Source: Blastocatellia bacterium AA13 (GTDB taxonomy: Bacteria > Acidobacteriota > Blastocatellia > UBA7656). From it: a DNA stretch of 64,000 nt. The notes beneath the pieces were generated by a model. The model searched no databases. It was not told the DNA's origin and saw only the letters and a list, made by a program, of their open reading frames with translations. Below are positions 46,326 to 56,450 of this stretch, one piece after another. Position numbers and translations under genes: made by a program. The stretch is from NCBI GenBank assembly GCA_003222245.1, contig QHVH01000004.1:67441-131440 (forward strand). The letters are read 5' to 3'. Numbering within the stretch: position 1 is the stretch's first letter; every line of letters starts with the position of its first letter.

Positions 46326-48269
46326 ATGTGTGGAATCGCAGGTTTGACCGGCGAGTTTTCTGGATTAGCGGCGGAGTCGGCGATCCGCGCAATGCTGGAC
46401 AGCCAGATTCACCGCGGACCGGATGATGACGGCATGTTTCTGCTCGAGGAGGGCGATGCGGTCATAGGCCTGGGCAGCAGGCGGCTGGCGATCCTCGATG
46501 TCTCGGCGGCAGGCAAGCAGCCGATGGTGAATCCTGACACGGGCGACGCGCTGGTCTTCAACGGCGAGATCTATAACTTCAAGGAGCTGCGCCGCTCGCT
46601 CGAATCTTTCGGATATGCTTTTCGAAGCGGCAGCGATACGGAGGTGATCCTCCGGGGCTATGAGCAATACGGCAGGGAGTTGCTTTCGCGGCTGAGCGGG
46701 ATGTACGCGCTCGCGGTATGGGATCGGCGCGCGAGCTGCTTGCTGCTTGCGCGAGATCATCTTGGAATAAAACCTCTCTACTATTCGCTGATGAAAGGCG
46801 GCGGCCTGATCTTTTCGTCCGAGATTCGCAGTTTGCTTGCGTCATTCATGATCGCTCCCGAGGTGAATCAAAAGGCGGTCGCCGGGTATCTGGCGTACGG
46901 TTCGGTGCAGGAACCTCTGACGATCATCGAAGGCGTTGCTCAGGTTCCAGCCGGCGCGTGGATCGAAGCTGACGCGTCGGGGAGGATAACCGGCAGCGGC
47001 GTGCACTGGTCGATACCGGAGACCGAACCGGGCAACACGTCGATAGCGGCTCTCGCCGAGGAAGGCCGCTGCCTGCTCGAATCCGCGGTCGCTTCACATC
47101 TTGTCAGCGACGTGCCTAGCGGCATTTTTCTGAGTTCAGGGCTGGACTCGACGGCCATCCTCGGGCTCGCGAGAAAGAGATCGCAGGAGGTTCATGCTTT
47201 TACGGTATCGTTTCCGGACGATCCGGATTTCGACGAAAGGTCGATCGCGCTTTCCAGTGCTCGCCGTCTGGGCGCCGTCTATCACGAGTTCCCGATTGAA
47301 TCCCGAGTCGCCCTCGATTGGACAAGAGAGGGCCTCGATCGAATGGATCAACCGACTATGGACGGCCTGAACACTTACATAGTTTCGAGAGCGGTACGCG
47401 AGCAGGGAATCACGGTGGCGCTGTCGGGCCAGGGCGGCGACGAAGTGTTTGGAGGCTACCGTTCATTTCGCGGCGTGCCGCGATGGCGGCGCCGCGCGCA
47501 ATGGATGCAGCCGCTGCCTCAAGCGGTCAAGGGAGCGCTGGCGGCCGCGGCCGCCTCGTATTACGGCCGCGTGGTTCAGAAGAAATTTCACGATCTGGCT
47601 CGCAGCGGCCCCGACCTTTCCGGAATCTACTTCCACTATCGCCGCTTGATGTCGAACGCGGATCTTGAGTCGCTGGGCTTCACCGCGGAAAGCCTGGGTC
47701 TGTCTCCGTCGTTTCACCTCGCGGGCGCGGGCGCCGGAACTTCGTGCATCATTCCGGGCGACGGCGTCGCATCGGTGAGCAGGCTCGAATCCGTCTTTTA
47801 TCTCGGCAACACACTGCTCAGGGACGGCGACGTATTCGGCATGGCGAACTCAGTCGAGATAAGGGTGCCCTTTCTGGACAAGGAACTGGTCGATTGGGCG
47901 TTCAGGATCCCGGGGGACGCCCTGCTGCCCGAAGGCGCGCCGCCGAAGTTCCTCTTGAGGAGGATGTGCGGCGAGTTCTATTCGCCCGAGCAAATCTATC
48001 AGAAGAAGCGCGGCTTTACGTTGCCGCTCTCGAGATGGCTCCTAGGGCCGCTTCGGGGGTTCATGGAAAACTGTCTGGAGTCAGTTAAGGAATCCGGCCT
48101 GGTAGATCCGGAAGGCGTGGACAGGCTTGTCGAAGTTTTTGTCCGAGAGCCGCAAACCGCCGCCTGGTCCCGTGTGTGGTCGCTGGTCGCGCTTGGCCAT
48201 TGGCTGTCGATGCATCTCGCGCGAGCCGCGGCCGGAAGCCCCGCGCAAACCGCGTTGTTAATATCGTGA
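46326..48269 (+). CDS. asnB: Asparagine synthase-like glutamine amidotransferase (polysaccharide amidation)
   Basis: MCGIAG Ntn start, HRGPDD, FNGEIYNF, RDHLGIKPLYY, LSSGLDS, LSGQGGDEVFGGY, EIRVPFLD. Confidence 0.92.
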   Translation: MCGIAGLTGEFSGLAAESAIRAMLDSQIHRGPDDDGMFLLEEGDAVIGLGSRRLAILDVSAAGKQPMVNPDTGDALVFNGEIYNFKELRRSLESFGYAFRSGSDTEVILRGYEQYGRELLSRLSGMYALAVWDRRASCLLLARDHLGIKPLYYSLMKGGGLIFSSEIRSLLASFMIAPEVNQKAVAGYLAYGSVQEPLTIIEGVAQVPAGAWIEADASGRITGSGVHWSIPETEPGNTSIAALAEEGRCLLESAVASHLVSDVPSGIFLSSGLDSTAILGLARKRSQEVHAFTVSFPDDPDFDERSIALSSARRLGAVYHEFPIESRVALDWTREGLDRMDQPTMDGLNTYIVSRAVREQGITVALSGQGGDEVFGGYRSFRGVPRWRRRAQWMQPLPQAVKGALAAAAASYYGRVVQKKFHDLARSGPDLSGIYFHYRRLMSNADLESLGFTAESLGLSPSFHLAGAGAGTSCIIPGDGVASVSRLESVFYLGNTLLRDGDVFGMANSVEIRVPFLDKELVDWAFRIPGDALLPEGAPPKFLLRRMCGEFYSPEQIYQKKRGFTLPLSRWLLGPLRGFMENCLESVKESGLVDPEGVDRLVEVFVREPQTAAWSRVWSLVALGHWLSMHLARAAAGSPAQTALLIS

Positions 48270-49180
48270 AACCAGAAGCAGCTCTCTCAGTGATCATCCT
48301 CGCCTGCAATGAAGCGGCGAAACTGCCCGACTGTCTTGCAAGTCTGCAGGGACTGGATTGCCCGGTTTACGTTGTTGATTCGGGCAGCATCGACCAGACG
48401 GTCAGGATCGCCGAAGAATGGGGAGCGGCGGTATTCGCGCATCCATTCGAGAATTACTCCGCGCAGCGGAACTGGGCTCAAACTAATCTGGGCATAGACA
48501 CCGAATGGATTCTCCACCTGGATGCGGACGAGCGGCTGACGGCGTCGCTTGTGAGCGAGATCCGCGAGGCGATCGGCTCCGCGCCTGAAGAGGTTTCGGG
48601 ATTTCTTCTTCGAAGGCGCACCGTTTTTCTGGGGCGGTGGATCAGGCATGGCGGACACTATCCTTCATACCAGATGAGACTCTTTCGCAAAGGCCGGGGC
48701 AGATGCGAATCACGATTATACGATCAGCACTTCATCGTGACTGGCGCGGTGAAGCGTTTGAAGAACGACTACATCGACATCGTAGCGTCAAGCCTTGAGC
48801 AGTGGACGCTGCGCCATTTGCGATGGGCGCGAGTAGAAGCGCTCGAGATGAGGGGAGTGGAAGCCGGCCGCCCGGGCCGCCTCCGCGCGAAGCTGCTGGG
48901 CGATCCAAGGGAGAGGCGTCGATGGCTGCGTGAACAGGTTTACGCCCGGTCGCCGGTCTATCTGCGCGCTGTTTCCTATTTTCTTTATCGATACGTGATC
49001 CGGCTCGGCTTTCTCGACGGCAGGCAGGGATTTGTTTTCCATCTTCTGCAAGGGCTGTGGTATCGCATCCTGATCGATGCCTATGTCGCCGAAGCCGTAT
49101 CGCCGAAGGCGATCGGCGAGCGCGAATCAGGGGACCGTGACCAGGCCGCGCTCGCCCGTGACTCCGCTGAGTTCTCGTAA
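48266..49180 (+). CDS. Glycosyltransferase family 2
   Basis: VIILACNE, VVDSGSID, WILHLDADE, GFLDGRQG; GTG overlaps the asnB stop. Confidence 0.9.
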   Translation: MKPEAALSVIILACNEAAKLPDCLASLQGLDCPVYVVDSGSIDQTVRIAEEWGAAVFAHPFENYSAQRNWAQTNLGIDTEWILHLDADERLTASLVSEIREAIGSAPEEVSGFLLRRRTVFLGRWIRHGGHYPSYQMRLFRKGRGRCESRLYDQHFIVTGAVKRLKNDYIDIVASSLEQWTLRHLRWARVEALEMRGVEAGRPGRLRAKLLGDPRERRRWLREQVYARSPVYLRAVSYFLYRYVIRLGFLDGRQGFVFHLLQGLWYRILIDAYVAEAVSPKAIGERESGDRDQAALARDSAEFS

Positions 49181-49220
49181 CCAGATCGATAGCGCCTCTT
49201 AACCGATCATCAATCGCAAT

Positions 49221-51044
49221 ATGCTGATACTTGGAATCAACGCTTTTCATCCCGACGCAGCCGCCGCGATCTATGCGGATGGACAATTGATTGCCGCGGC
49301 TGAAGAAGAGCGGTTCAACCGGATTAAGCACTGGGCCGGCTTCCCCGTTGAGTCAATAAGATATTGCCTGCAAGCCGCCAACGCGGAGATCAAAGAAGTG
49401 GATCACGTGGCCGTTTCACGAAATCCAAGAGCGCGCTTTTTCGACAAGGTGCTGTTCGCGCTGCGGAACCGCCCGCGAATAAGCCTGATTCGCGACCGAC
49501 TGAGGAATGCGGCCCGGATGGGCGACCTCAGGGCGCTGCTTGCCGAAGCGCTTTCGGTAGACCCGGCAGGAATGAAGCAAGCGCAGCATCATATCGAACA
49601 CCACGACGCGCACATGGCGTCAGCGTTCTTTGTTTCACCGTTTGATGAGGCGGCTTGCCTGTCGATCGATGGCTTCGGTGATTTTCTCAGCACGAAGTGG
49701 GGCATTGGGCGCGGTACTACGATCGAGCCTCTGGGCGCGGTCGCGTTTCCTCACTCGCTGGGGATCCTCTACACCGCCGTAACCCAGTATCTCGGGTTTG
49801 CGAGTTTTGGAGATGAGTACAAGGTAATGGGGCTTGCGCCGTACGGCGAACCTGAGTTCGCGGAGACCCTCAGGGCCGTCATTCGGCCTTCGGCGCACGG
49901 GTTTGAGCTCGATCTCAGTTGCTTTCGGCATCACAGCGAAGGCGTTTCCATGACCTGGAACAACTGCGCGCCGGTCCTTGGAGCGGTCTATTCAAACGAG
50001 CTTGTTCGCAGGCTTGGTCCCTCGCGCAAGCCCGGTACGCCCCTCGAATGCAGGCACAGAAACATAGCGGCATCGCTTCAGCACGTGACCGAAGAGATCT
50101 ACCTGACGTTGTTGCGGCGGCTTCAAGCGGCTACCCGTGTGAAGTCGGTTTGCATCGCCGGCGGCGTCGCTTTCAATAGTGTCGCGAACGGAAAAATACT
50201 CCAAGAAACCGGTTTCGACCGTGTCTACATTCAACCCGCGGCAGGCGACGCGGGTACGGCGATCGGCGCGGCGGCGGCCGTGAGGCACACCGCTCTGGGC
50301 TTCCGCCGAGAATTCATGATGAGCCACTCATACTGGGGGCCTGAGTATTCGGCTTTCTCGATCAACTCGGCCCTCGATCGCGCGCGCGGCAAACTTGATG
50401 CGGTCAATACCAGCCGGCAAGGAGTTGATGACGACGATGCCGTTTGCGCATACGCCGCCGAAGCGATCTCATCGGGCCTGGTTGTCGGATGGTTCCAGGG
50501 GCGCATGGAATGGGGTCCGCGAGCGCTCGGCAACCGGAGCATTCTGGCTGATCCGAGAAACCGGGAGATGAAGGACATCCTCAACACGAGGATCAAGAAT
50601 CGCGAGTCGTTCAGACCCTTTTGTCCCTCGGTGATTGCCGAGCGCATGGACGACTACTTCGAAAGCTCCTACCCGGAGCCGTTCATGATCAAGGTGTATA
50701 CCGTGAGGCCGGCCCAACGCGAGGTTATTCCGGCGGTAACCCACGTCGATGGCACGGGGAGGGTTCAAACCGTCAGGCGGGAAGACAACCCGCTGTATTA
50801 CAAACTGCTGGAGAGATTTCACCGGCTAACCGGCGTGCCGGTGCTCCTGAACACTTCTTTCAACGAGAATGAACCGATTGTCAGATCGCCCGAGGAGGCC
50901 ATCGACTGTTTCGCAAGAACCGCCCTTGATGTGTTGATCATCGGGCGGAACATTCTCGCCAAGCCCGCCGCCGCTTCATTCCATGCCGTGAATAAGGCCG
51001 TCACAGCCGCTTTGACGGCCACGCAGCCGGCGGGTTCAAGGTGA
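49221..51044 (+). CDS. O-carbamoyltransferase (NodU/CmcH family)
   Basis: AAEEERFNRIKH, EHHDAHMASAF, EYKVMGLAPYG, AGGVAFN, EWGPRALGNRSILADP, THVDGTGRVQTV, LLNTSFN. Confidence 0.93.
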   Translation: MLILGINAFHPDAAAAIYADGQLIAAAEEERFNRIKHWAGFPVESIRYCLQAANAEIKEVDHVAVSRNPRARFFDKVLFALRNRPRISLIRDRLRNAARMGDLRALLAEALSVDPAGMKQAQHHIEHHDAHMASAFFVSPFDEAACLSIDGFGDFLSTKWGIGRGTTIEPLGAVAFPHSLGILYTAVTQYLGFASFGDEYKVMGLAPYGEPEFAETLRAVIRPSAHGFELDLSCFRHHSEGVSMTWNNCAPVLGAVYSNELVRRLGPSRKPGTPLECRHRNIAASLQHVTEEIYLTLLRRLQAATRVKSVCIAGGVAFNSVANGKILQETGFDRVYIQPAAGDAGTAIGAAAAVRHTALGFRREFMMSHSYWGPEYSAFSINSALDRARGKLDAVNTSRQGVDDDDAVCAYAAEAISSGLVVGWFQGRMEWGPRALGNRSILADPRNREMKDILNTRIKNRESFRPFCPSVIAERMDDYFESSYPEPFMIKVYTVRPAQREVIPAVTHVDGTGRVQTVRREDNPLYYKLLERFHRLTGVPVLLNTSFNENEPIVRSPEEAIDCFARTALDVLIIGRNILAKPAAASFHAVNKAVTAALTATQPAGSR

Positions 51045-52294
51045 GAATACTGCTCCTGAATCAGGCGTTTTATCCAGATGTCGTCAGCAGCGCCCAGCAC
51101 CTGGCCGATTTGGCTCGCGGCCTTATTGAAAGAGGCTGCGAGGTTACGGTCGTGTGCGGCGACCGCGGTTACGACGACCGGCGGACGCGGTTTCCCAAGG
51201 ACGAGATCTGGAAGGGCATTTCAATAAAGCGGGTCTCGTCATTCGGCTTTGGAAAGGGCGCAAGATGGCGCCGCGCTTTGGACTTTGGAAGCTTCCTGTT
51301 CCGCGCCGCGCTTAAGCTCACCGCGGCGCCGCGATTCGACGTGGTGATATGCCTGACGTCGCCGCCGTTCATCTCGCTGCTCGGCGTCCTGTTTACCAGG
51401 TTCAGGGGCGGCCGCCTGGTGTTGTGGGTGATGGACTTGAATCCTGATGAGGCCATCGCCGCGGGCTGGCTTAAACCCGAGTCGCTCAGCGCAAAGATTC
51501 TTAAGGCGATAAGCAGGCGAACGTTTCGGTGGTCGGAGAAGGTGATCGTCCTGGATCGATTCATGGAAGAGCGTCTTTTGCGTGACGGTGTCGCCGGCGA
51601 GAAGATCAGGGTCATACCGCCGTGGGCCCAGGACGATTCAGTCCGGTATGACGAGGAGGGCCGGAATCGGTTTCGGCAGGAACATGGATTGGCGGGCAAG
51701 TTCATCGTGATGCATTCGGGCAATCACAGCCCGTGTCATCCGCTGGATACGTTGCTGCAGGCAGCCCGTGAACTGGCTGATGACGCTGGAGTGCATTTCT
51801 GTTTTGTAGGCGGCGGCAGCGAGATGAAAAAAGTAAAAGCCTTTAAGAAAGCGCACAACCTCGAAAACATTTTGTGCCTGCCCTATCAGCCGATGGATTC
51901 ATTGCCGGGCTCGCTTTCATCGGCCGATCTTCACGTTGTCGTCATGGGCGGCGAGTTTGTAGGAATCGTCCACCCCTGCAAGGTGTACAACATTCTGGCG
52001 CTCGGCTTGCCGGTACTGTATATCGGACCGACATCGAGTCACATTGAAGACCTGGCGGCGCGCGACAGCGAATCCAGTCTGTGGCATCGAACCCGGCACG
52101 GCGACGCCTCGTCCGTGGTTAAGGAAATACTGGCGGCCCGGCAAAGCCGGGAGGCTTGCACTCGGCGCGGCTCACACGCTGCTTATTCGAAATCAATCCT
52201 GTTGCCGCGTCTAATCGAGGAAGCGGTCTTCCCGCCGTCGAGCGCCGCGGCCGCTTCACGTTCTCTGGATGCCCCTGCATCGGTTACTCGCTGA
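51041..52294 (+). CDS. Glycosyltransferase family 4 (WcaI-like)
   Basis: MRILLLNQAFYPD, LTSPPF, WVMDLNPD, VHPCKVYNILA. Confidence 0.88.
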   Translation: MRILLLNQAFYPDVVSSAQHLADLARGLIERGCEVTVVCGDRGYDDRRTRFPKDEIWKGISIKRVSSFGFGKGARWRRALDFGSFLFRAALKLTAAPRFDVVICLTSPPFISLLGVLFTRFRGGRLVLWVMDLNPDEAIAAGWLKPESLSAKILKAISRRTFRWSEKVIVLDRFMEERLLRDGVAGEKIRVIPPWAQDDSVRYDEEGRNRFRQEHGLAGKFIVMHSGNHSPCHPLDTLLQAARELADDAGVHFCFVGGGSEMKKVKAFKKAHNLENILCLPYQPMDSLPGSLSSADLHVVVMGGEFVGIVHPCKVYNILALGLPVLYIGPTSSHIEDLAARDSESSLWHRTRHGDASSVVKEILAARQSREACTRRGSHAAYSKSILLPRLIEEAVFPPSSAAAASRSLDAPASVTR

Positions 52295-52452
52295 GTTGAA
52301 GTCCGTTTGAGCCAGGCTCTGAATCTTCAAAGTGATTTCGACAAATGCCTGACTCAATCGAGGCATTGCAAACGCTGATCGAGCCGCACGGTGAAGGCCG
52401 CAGGAGAGTTTTTGCGGACCTGAGCTTCGGCTCACGGCGAGGAGGTCGGATT

Positions 52453-53451
52453 ATGTCCGAGCAGGTGAGAGTTCTAGTGACCGGCGCGGGCGGATTTATC
52501 GGGCATCATCTAACGAAATACCTGGCGGACCGCGGTTATTGGGTTAGAGGCGTAGATATCAAGGAGCCGAATTATGAGCCCACGGCCGCCCACGAGTTCC
52601 GGCCGCTCAATCTCCGGTATGAGACAGACTGCCTTCGTGCTACGAAAGGCATTGATGAGGTTTACGCGCTGGCGGCGAACATGGGCGGCATAGGGTTCAT
52701 TGAAAACAACAAGGCGGTCATCTGTCACGACAACAGCCTTATCAATATGAACACCATCGAAGCCGCGCGCTTGAACGGCGTGAAGAGGTTCTTGTTTACC
52801 TCGAGCGCCTGTGTGTATCCGGGCTATTTGCAGAACGAGCCGAACCCGGCGCCGCTGAAAGAGGACGATGTTTATCCCGCCGACCCTGAAGACGGCTACG
52901 GCTGGGAGAAATTGTTTATGGAGCGCGTGTGCCGGCACTACCTGGAAGACTACGGGCTGCCGACGCGAGTCGTCAGGTTTCACAACATCTTCGGCCCCCT
53001 CGGCGCGTTTGAAGGAGGGCGCGAGAAGTCTCCTGCGGCCATATGCAGAAAAGTCGCGCTCGCGCGCGAAGGCGAAGCCATTGAGGTTTGGGGTGACGGA
53101 GAGCAGTCAAGATCGTATTGCTACATCTCCGACTGCATCGAAGGTCTTCATCGCATCATGCGATCCGGCTGGTCCAGCCCGATCAACCTTGGACAGGATC
53201 GATCCGTCACCATCAACGAACTGGTTGATATCGTGGCCGGCATAGCGGGCAAAAGAATAATGAAGCTGTATGACCCGTCCAAGCCGCAAGGCGTCCGCGG
53301 CCGCAACAGCAACAATACCTGTCTGAGACAGGTCCTGGGTTGGGAGCCTTCTACTACGCTCGAAGCAGGGCTCGCAAAGACCTATGAATGGATAGCCGGG
53401 CGATTGAACATATCCAGGGCCTCCGCAATCGGGTCCGCCGCCACGCCCTAA
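52453..53451 (+). CDS. GDP-mannose 3,5-epimerase-like NAD-dependent epimerase
   Basis: TGAGGFIG, LAANMGGIGFI, SSACVYP, YGWEK, RFHNIFGP, GGREKSPAAICRK; GGAGG RBS before ATG 52453. Confidence 0.85.
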   Translation: MSEQVRVLVTGAGGFIGHHLTKYLADRGYWVRGVDIKEPNYEPTAAHEFRPLNLRYETDCLRATKGIDEVYALAANMGGIGFIENNKAVICHDNSLINMNTIEAARLNGVKRFLFTSSACVYPGYLQNEPNPAPLKEDDVYPADPEDGYGWEKLFMERVCRHYLEDYGLPTRVVRFHNIFGPLGAFEGGREKSPAAICRKVALAREGEAIEVWGDGEQSRSYCYISDCIEGLHRIMRSGWSSPINLGQDRSVTINELVDIVAGIAGKRIMKLYDPSKPQGVRGRNSNNTCLRQVLGWEPSTTLEAGLAKTYEWIAGRLNISRASAIGSAATP

Positions 53452-53560
53452 AAACGCATAGTCCCGTCAACCGGTCGAGTGTTTTTACCCGAAGATCACC
53501 GCCTGGCTGAATCGAATCTATTTACGATTCCGCCGGCCCCAGAAACTCCTGAGAGGTTCC

Positions 53561-55105
53561 ATGGCGCTGACGTATGTCACTGCGTTTCTGACCGCGGTTG
53601 TGCTGTCGTTTGTTCTGACGCGCTGCGTCCGCAACATCGCTCTGTCAAGGAACTGGTTTCCCGCGCATCACAAACATCACATTCACGGCGGCCATGTTCC
53701 TCGGCTGGGCGGAGTGTCCATCTTTGTAACCGCCGTCCTGCTGATGGCGGGAGCCGGCGCGGCGGCGAAGTTATTCTCGATCGATCTCGGGTTCAATTTT
53801 GCGGCGGCAGCGGGACTGCTGATTCCGGGCGCGCTGGTCTTTGGCGTGGGTTTGTACGACGATCTTCGGCCGATAAAGCCTGGGACGAAATTCATTGCCC
53901 AGGGCCTGGCCGCGCTGATGCTCCTTGCTGGAGGCTACGGAGCGCCCTCGTTCGGTCTGTTTGGAGCGAAATATTTCCCCTGGCTGTCGGCGCCCGCAAC
54001 TGTTCTGTGGGTCATTCTGATTTCAAACGCATTCAATCTCATCGACGGCCTGGACGGACTAGCGGCTGGGTCCGCGCTGTTCTCAACGGTAGTAGTGCTG
54101 GTGCTCGCGCTGATTACTCACAGTCCGCTCGTATCACTGATGGCGCTGGTGATGGCGGGAGCGATTGCGGGGTTCCTGCGCTTCAACTTCAACCCCGCTA
54201 CGATCTTTCTCGGCGATTGCGGGAGCTTGTTTATCGGATTCATGCTCAGCGCGCTCGCGCTTGCGGGATGTCAGAAGACGCCGACGCTGGTGGCCGTCGC
54301 CATTCCGGTCGTATCTTTCGGATTGCCCATTGCCGAAACGGTGCTATCGGTCCTCCGCCGTTCCTTGAGCGGGCAACCGCTCATGCGGCCTGACCGCAAC
54401 CATATTCATCACAGGCTTCTTGAACGCGGGCTGTCACAGCAGCAGGCGGTCATCACGCTTTACGGTGTGTCCGCCATATGCGCTTTGCTCGCGCTGTTCC
54501 TGCTCTATCCGGGCGGCGGATCGATAGGGATTGTTCTGGTAGTGCTTGGAACCGTGGTCTCATTCGGGGTCAAGGGGCTCCACTATCCCGAGCTTCGCGA
54601 GCTTGGGCGCGCCGCCCAGCGAACGGTTGATAGAAAGAAGACCATCGCTAATAACGTCGCTGTGCGCAGGGCATCCGAGCGGCTGCTGAATGCGCATAAC
54701 TTTTTGGAGATTCGCACCGCGCTGATCGATGGTTTCTCCGTGAATGACTTTGATGGATTCAGCCTTCAGCTCGACAGCCGCGCCCAGCGCTTTGGCCCGG
54801 ATTGCGGTGTCATACGATGGGAGGATACAAGCGAGTGGGCTCATGCGAGCGCTGAGACTCCGACCGCCGAGTGGCGGCTCGTTCTTGATCTGATCGGATC
54901 AGACGGACGGATGCTTGGATACCTCAATCTCTACCGATTCTATTCACACAGCAAACCGGCGCTGGTTGATGTCAATCTCATAACAGCCGAGCTGAGAGGC
55001 TCGCTCACTGAAGCCATCGAACGGCTCCTGAATCAGGATGAGACCGCCGACCTTCGAGTGCCGGCAAAGGCGGACAGGATAGCGAACCCGCTGCTGGCCT
55101 CTTAA
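53561..55105 (+). CDS. wecA: WecA/MraY-family undecaprenyl-phosphate sugar-1-phosphate transferase with C-terminal extension
   Basis: PRLGGV, GLYDDL, NAFNLIDGLDGLAAG, FNFNPATIFLGDCGS, DRNHIHHRL. Confidence 0.88.
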   Translation: MALTYVTAFLTAVVLSFVLTRCVRNIALSRNWFPAHHKHHIHGGHVPRLGGVSIFVTAVLLMAGAGAAAKLFSIDLGFNFAAAAGLLIPGALVFGVGLYDDLRPIKPGTKFIAQGLAALMLLAGGYGAPSFGLFGAKYFPWLSAPATVLWVILISNAFNLIDGLDGLAAGSALFSTVVVLVLALITHSPLVSLMALVMAGAIAGFLRFNFNPATIFLGDCGSLFIGFMLSALALAGCQKTPTLVAVAIPVVSFGLPIAETVLSVLRRSLSGQPLMRPDRNHIHHRLLERGLSQQQAVITLYGVSAICALLALFLLYPGGGSIGIVLVVLGTVVSFGVKGLHYPELRELGRAAQRTVDRKKTIANNVAVRRASERLLNAHNFLEIRTALIDGFSVNDFDGFSLQLDSRAQRFGPDCGVIRWEDTSEWAHASAETPTAEWRLVLDLIGSDGRMLGYLNLYRFYSHSKPALVDVNLITAELRGSLTEAIERLLNQDETADLRVPAKADRIANPLLAS

Positions 55106-55238
55106 TGGACCATAGATCAACAGAAGGCTCTTCATCAGAGTGAAGCCGAGTAAAGAAGCCGCGTAAAGCTGAGCTTGAGCTGTGCAGCCTCCCGATGCGA
55201 GGCGCGCTTGTTCCAACCGAGGAAAAAGAGGTGTGGTT

Positions 55239-56015
55239 ATGAAAGTGAAAATACTGAGATCAGTCCGAAGCTCGTTTAAGAGATTGAGCCGTTCAATTGT
55301 GGCGTGCGCGGTCGCGAGCATGCCGCCGCTCTATTCGCCGCCGTTTCCTGCGTCCGCGCGCGTCGAGCCGGGGGCGAGCCGGCAATCAGGGCAGCAATCA
55401 GGCCAGCAATCGGGCCAGCAATCAGGGCAGCAATCAGGGCAGCAATCGGGAGGATCGTCAAATCGGCTCCAGGAGCCGTCCGGGACGATATTCGGCAGCG
55501 GGCAGATCACGCTCAACGGAAACACGGTTCCGAGCGGCGCGACCGTGTTCAGCAACAGCACGGTTGGCGCGGGCACGGTCAACCCGGTCGTGGTCGATCT
55601 GGGTTCGATCGGGAGAATCGAACTGGGAGCAGGCGTTACTGTGACGTTGACCTTCTCACCCGAGCAGTTCAGCGTCGCCCCTCATCAGTGCACTCGCATA
55701 AAGATCCGGGTTGTGCAAGGCGCCGCTGAGGCGAGATTGAGCAAAGGCATAAGGCCTCTGGCGGGTGACCGTGAAGACACGCTGACGGGAGTGTCTGAGA
55801 TAGTGGCTCAAAAAGGCTCTATCCTGTCGTTGAACTGCGGGACTGGAAAGGCAGCGAGCGCCGTGGGCGGCGCGGCCGGTAGCGGAGGCGGTCTGTCGGC
55901 GCCCCTGATTGGCGTCATCAGCGCTGTCGGAGCCGCGGGCGCGGCTGCGGTCGGAGTCGCCCTGTCGCGCAATTCCGATTCCCGAGAGAACAGAGTAAGC
56001 CCGAGCGTTCCGTGA
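55239..56015 (+). CDS. Putative exported/surface protein with QQSG repeats, FecR-like beta domain and C-terminal hydrophobic anchor
   Basis: Basic N-terminus, (QQSG) repeats, ITLNGNTVPSGATVFSNSTV...VDLGSIGRIELG, tail LIGVISAVGAAGAAAVGVALS...VSPSVP. Confidence 0.6.
   Translation: MKVKILRSVRSSFKRLSRSIVACAVASMPPLYSPPFPASARVEPGASRQSGQQSGQQSGQQSGQQSGQQSGGSSNRLQEPSGTIFGSGQITLNGNTVPSGATVFSNSTVGAGTVNPVVVDLGSIGRIELGAGVTVTLTFSPEQFSVAPHQCTRIKIRVVQGAAEARLSKGIRPLAGDREDTLTGVSEIVAQKGSILSLNCGTGKAASAVGGAAGSGGGLSAPLIGVISAVGAAGAAAVGVALSRNSDSRENRVSPSVP
55383..55451 (+). repeat. 12-bp coding tandem repeat CAATC(A/G)GG(G/C)CAG, 5 full copies plus a partial
   Basis: Read directly from the sequence; encodes QSGQ repeats. 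Confidence 0.9.
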
Positions 56016-56421
56016 CCTCCGCCATCATTAATAAATCCAACACAGATCCAACCTGAACCGATCGATCTCAGAACCGCTCCTCCTGTGCTGGTTAAGAACC
56101 GGTCTTCGGTGTGCTTCACACCATTAAGCGGCGAAAAACGTGCGACGGCAATTCGCGAGGAAAGAGCAACCTCTTCAGCCAAATTTGCGCTGCAGCAATT
56201 CGCGTCATGGGATGCGCAAGTCGGCCAGATATAGGCCGACCCTTGATCTCAATTTCTCTCCGCTCCCAGAATCAATGCTCAACGGTTAATGAGCACGTCA
56301 CATTCTTATTACACTTTTATTTATCGCTCACCGTTGAGAGGTAACATTACTAGAATGTCGCCTTGAGAGCGTATCCCGTGACGGTTCGCGATTAGGCAGG
56401 GCAATTTTCATTATCTTCTGA

Positions 56422-56450
56422 TTGACAAGCCCTTTGCATACCTATAGAGT
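56422..56450 (+). promoter_or_regulatory. Sigma70-type promoter
   Basis: TTGACA (56422-56427), 17-nt spacer, TAGAGT (56445-56450), about 100 nt upstream of ATG 56550. Confidence 0.7.
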
